From positions 36,570 through 100,569 of the IMG/VR virus record IMGVR_UViG_3300021378_000010: a DNA stretch of 64,000 nucleotides. One strand, given 5' to 3'. This document shows, one piece after another, positions 63,224 through 64,000 of the stretch. The DNA comes from a virus. Below the pieces are notes generated by a model that had not been told where the DNA came from, ran no database searches, and saw only the letters and a program-made list of their open reading frames with translations. Position 1 is the first letter of the stretch; every line of letters begins with the position of its first letter. A program made the position numbers and the translations under genes.

Positions 63224-63863
63224 AGTAGTACCTCTATCTGAAAAGATCATGTCGCTTTTTGATCAAAACTTTACTAAAGAAAAAACTACAACCGAATTTG
63301 ACGGATGGGAAGATCATTTTTGGTCTTCTGATTCTATCAGAAAGTGCCATCTTAAAACCATTGACCATCGTGAGTCTAGAAAAATGTGGCTCATGCACAT
63401 CAATATCTTTCCTCGAGCACAATACAATCTTCCAATACTTGGTTTTGACATAGTCGCAGGCCCACGAAAAATTACGGGCGCATTCTTCGATTACTCCAAT
63501 TGTACGTACCATCCGTATGGTGACTATTTAGAAGTGTCAACTAAGAATTTAAATTGGAATAAGCCACGAGAATTACCAGAATGGGCACGAGAAATATTCA
63601 CACCAGATATGATTGCCGCTGGAAATATTCAAGGTGAAGAAGTAGACCAATTATGTGAAGTAACATACGATCTTATAAGACATTATATTGAAAACTTAAA
63701 AGACAATGCGGTTGCAAGTTCTCGCAACTTTTCAGATTGGCATAATTTGTATTGCAAAAATCAAAAAAAGAACCCGCATTTACACAGATCAATACTACAA
63801 ATGGATATATCTGAAGAAGACAAAAATCGTTACGTAAATGAAATTCTTTTTGAAGAAATTTGA
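63204..63863 (+). CDS. Ferredoxin-dependent bilin reductase (PcyX/PcyA-like)
   Basis: HINIFP...LPILGFDIV...AFFDYS...RELPEWA..IF...QKKNPH; coupled to heme oxygenase. Confidence 0.88.
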   Translation: MTTTWDKVVPLSEKIMSLFDQNFTKEKTTTEFDGWEDHFWSSDSIRKCHLKTIDHRESRKMWLMHINIFPRAQYNLPILGFDIVAGPRKITGAFFDYSNCTYHPYGDYLEVSTKNLNWNKPRELPEWAREIFTPDMIAAGNIQGEEVDQLCEVTYDLIRHYIENLKDNAVASSRNFSDWHNLYCKNQKKNPHLHRSILQMDISEEDKNRYVNEILFEEI

Positions 63864-64000
63864 TGCACGATTATAATGAATTCATACCAATATGGGAAAA
63901 TGAGCAATATTTAGTTGACAAATACGAAGTTATGGGATATAGTTATATTAAGAACTATGATAGCGCAGACGGCTTTCTCAAAACACCAAGACTTGGTTTT
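63863..64000 (+). CDS. Partial hypothetical ORF running off the edge
   Basis: ATG overlaps upstream TGA; open to window end. Confidence 0.4.
   Translation, partial: MHDYNEFIPIWENEQYLVDKYEVMGYSYIKNYDSADGFLKTPRLGF

Noticed and set aside
1302-63512. Numerous antisense or nested ORFs inside recognised genes (e.g. 12392, 16352, 45114, 48282, 49221)
   Set aside because: Shadow frames of well-supported CDSs.
1-64000. Prophage, integrase or host chromosomal DNA
   Set aside because: Continuous T4-like gene set with phage promoters; no integrase, transposase or rRNA seen.

Overview
A 64-kb segment of a T4-like myovirus genome, very likely infecting an alphaproteobacterium (two-piece permuted tmRNA, tRNA-His without G-1 and with A73, ho/pcyX-type pair, GANTC in early promoters, ROSE-like element). 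Layout: baseplate/tail module (1-9.3 kb); a minus-strand replication and nucleotide-metabolism block (9.3-36.1 kb) with gp43/44/45/46/47/55/62, regA, uvsW/uvsY and a large DNA-modification cluster (dCMP hydroxymethylase, UDP-glucose dehydrogenase, glycosyltransferases, inositol-1-phosphate synthase, HAD phosphatase, aGPT-PPlase/AADT-like protein, C5-MTase-like protein); then a plus-strand accessory region with two tRNA arrays (~40-43 kb and ~55-60 kb, about 30 tRNA genes), a Ro60/TROVE-like vWA protein with eight stem-CAGCA ncRNAs (six flanking it), topoisomerase II, tmRNA and ho/pcyX. Most striking: each tRNA array is preceded by a late promoter, a short leader ORF and mutually exclusive antiterminator/terminator hairpins, and each leader's codons correspond closely to the tRNAs in the array behind it. 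This looks like a ribosome-stalling attenuator that senses the whole tRNA pool. All calls were made by eye, without database searches; start sites and RNA ends may be off by a few bases.
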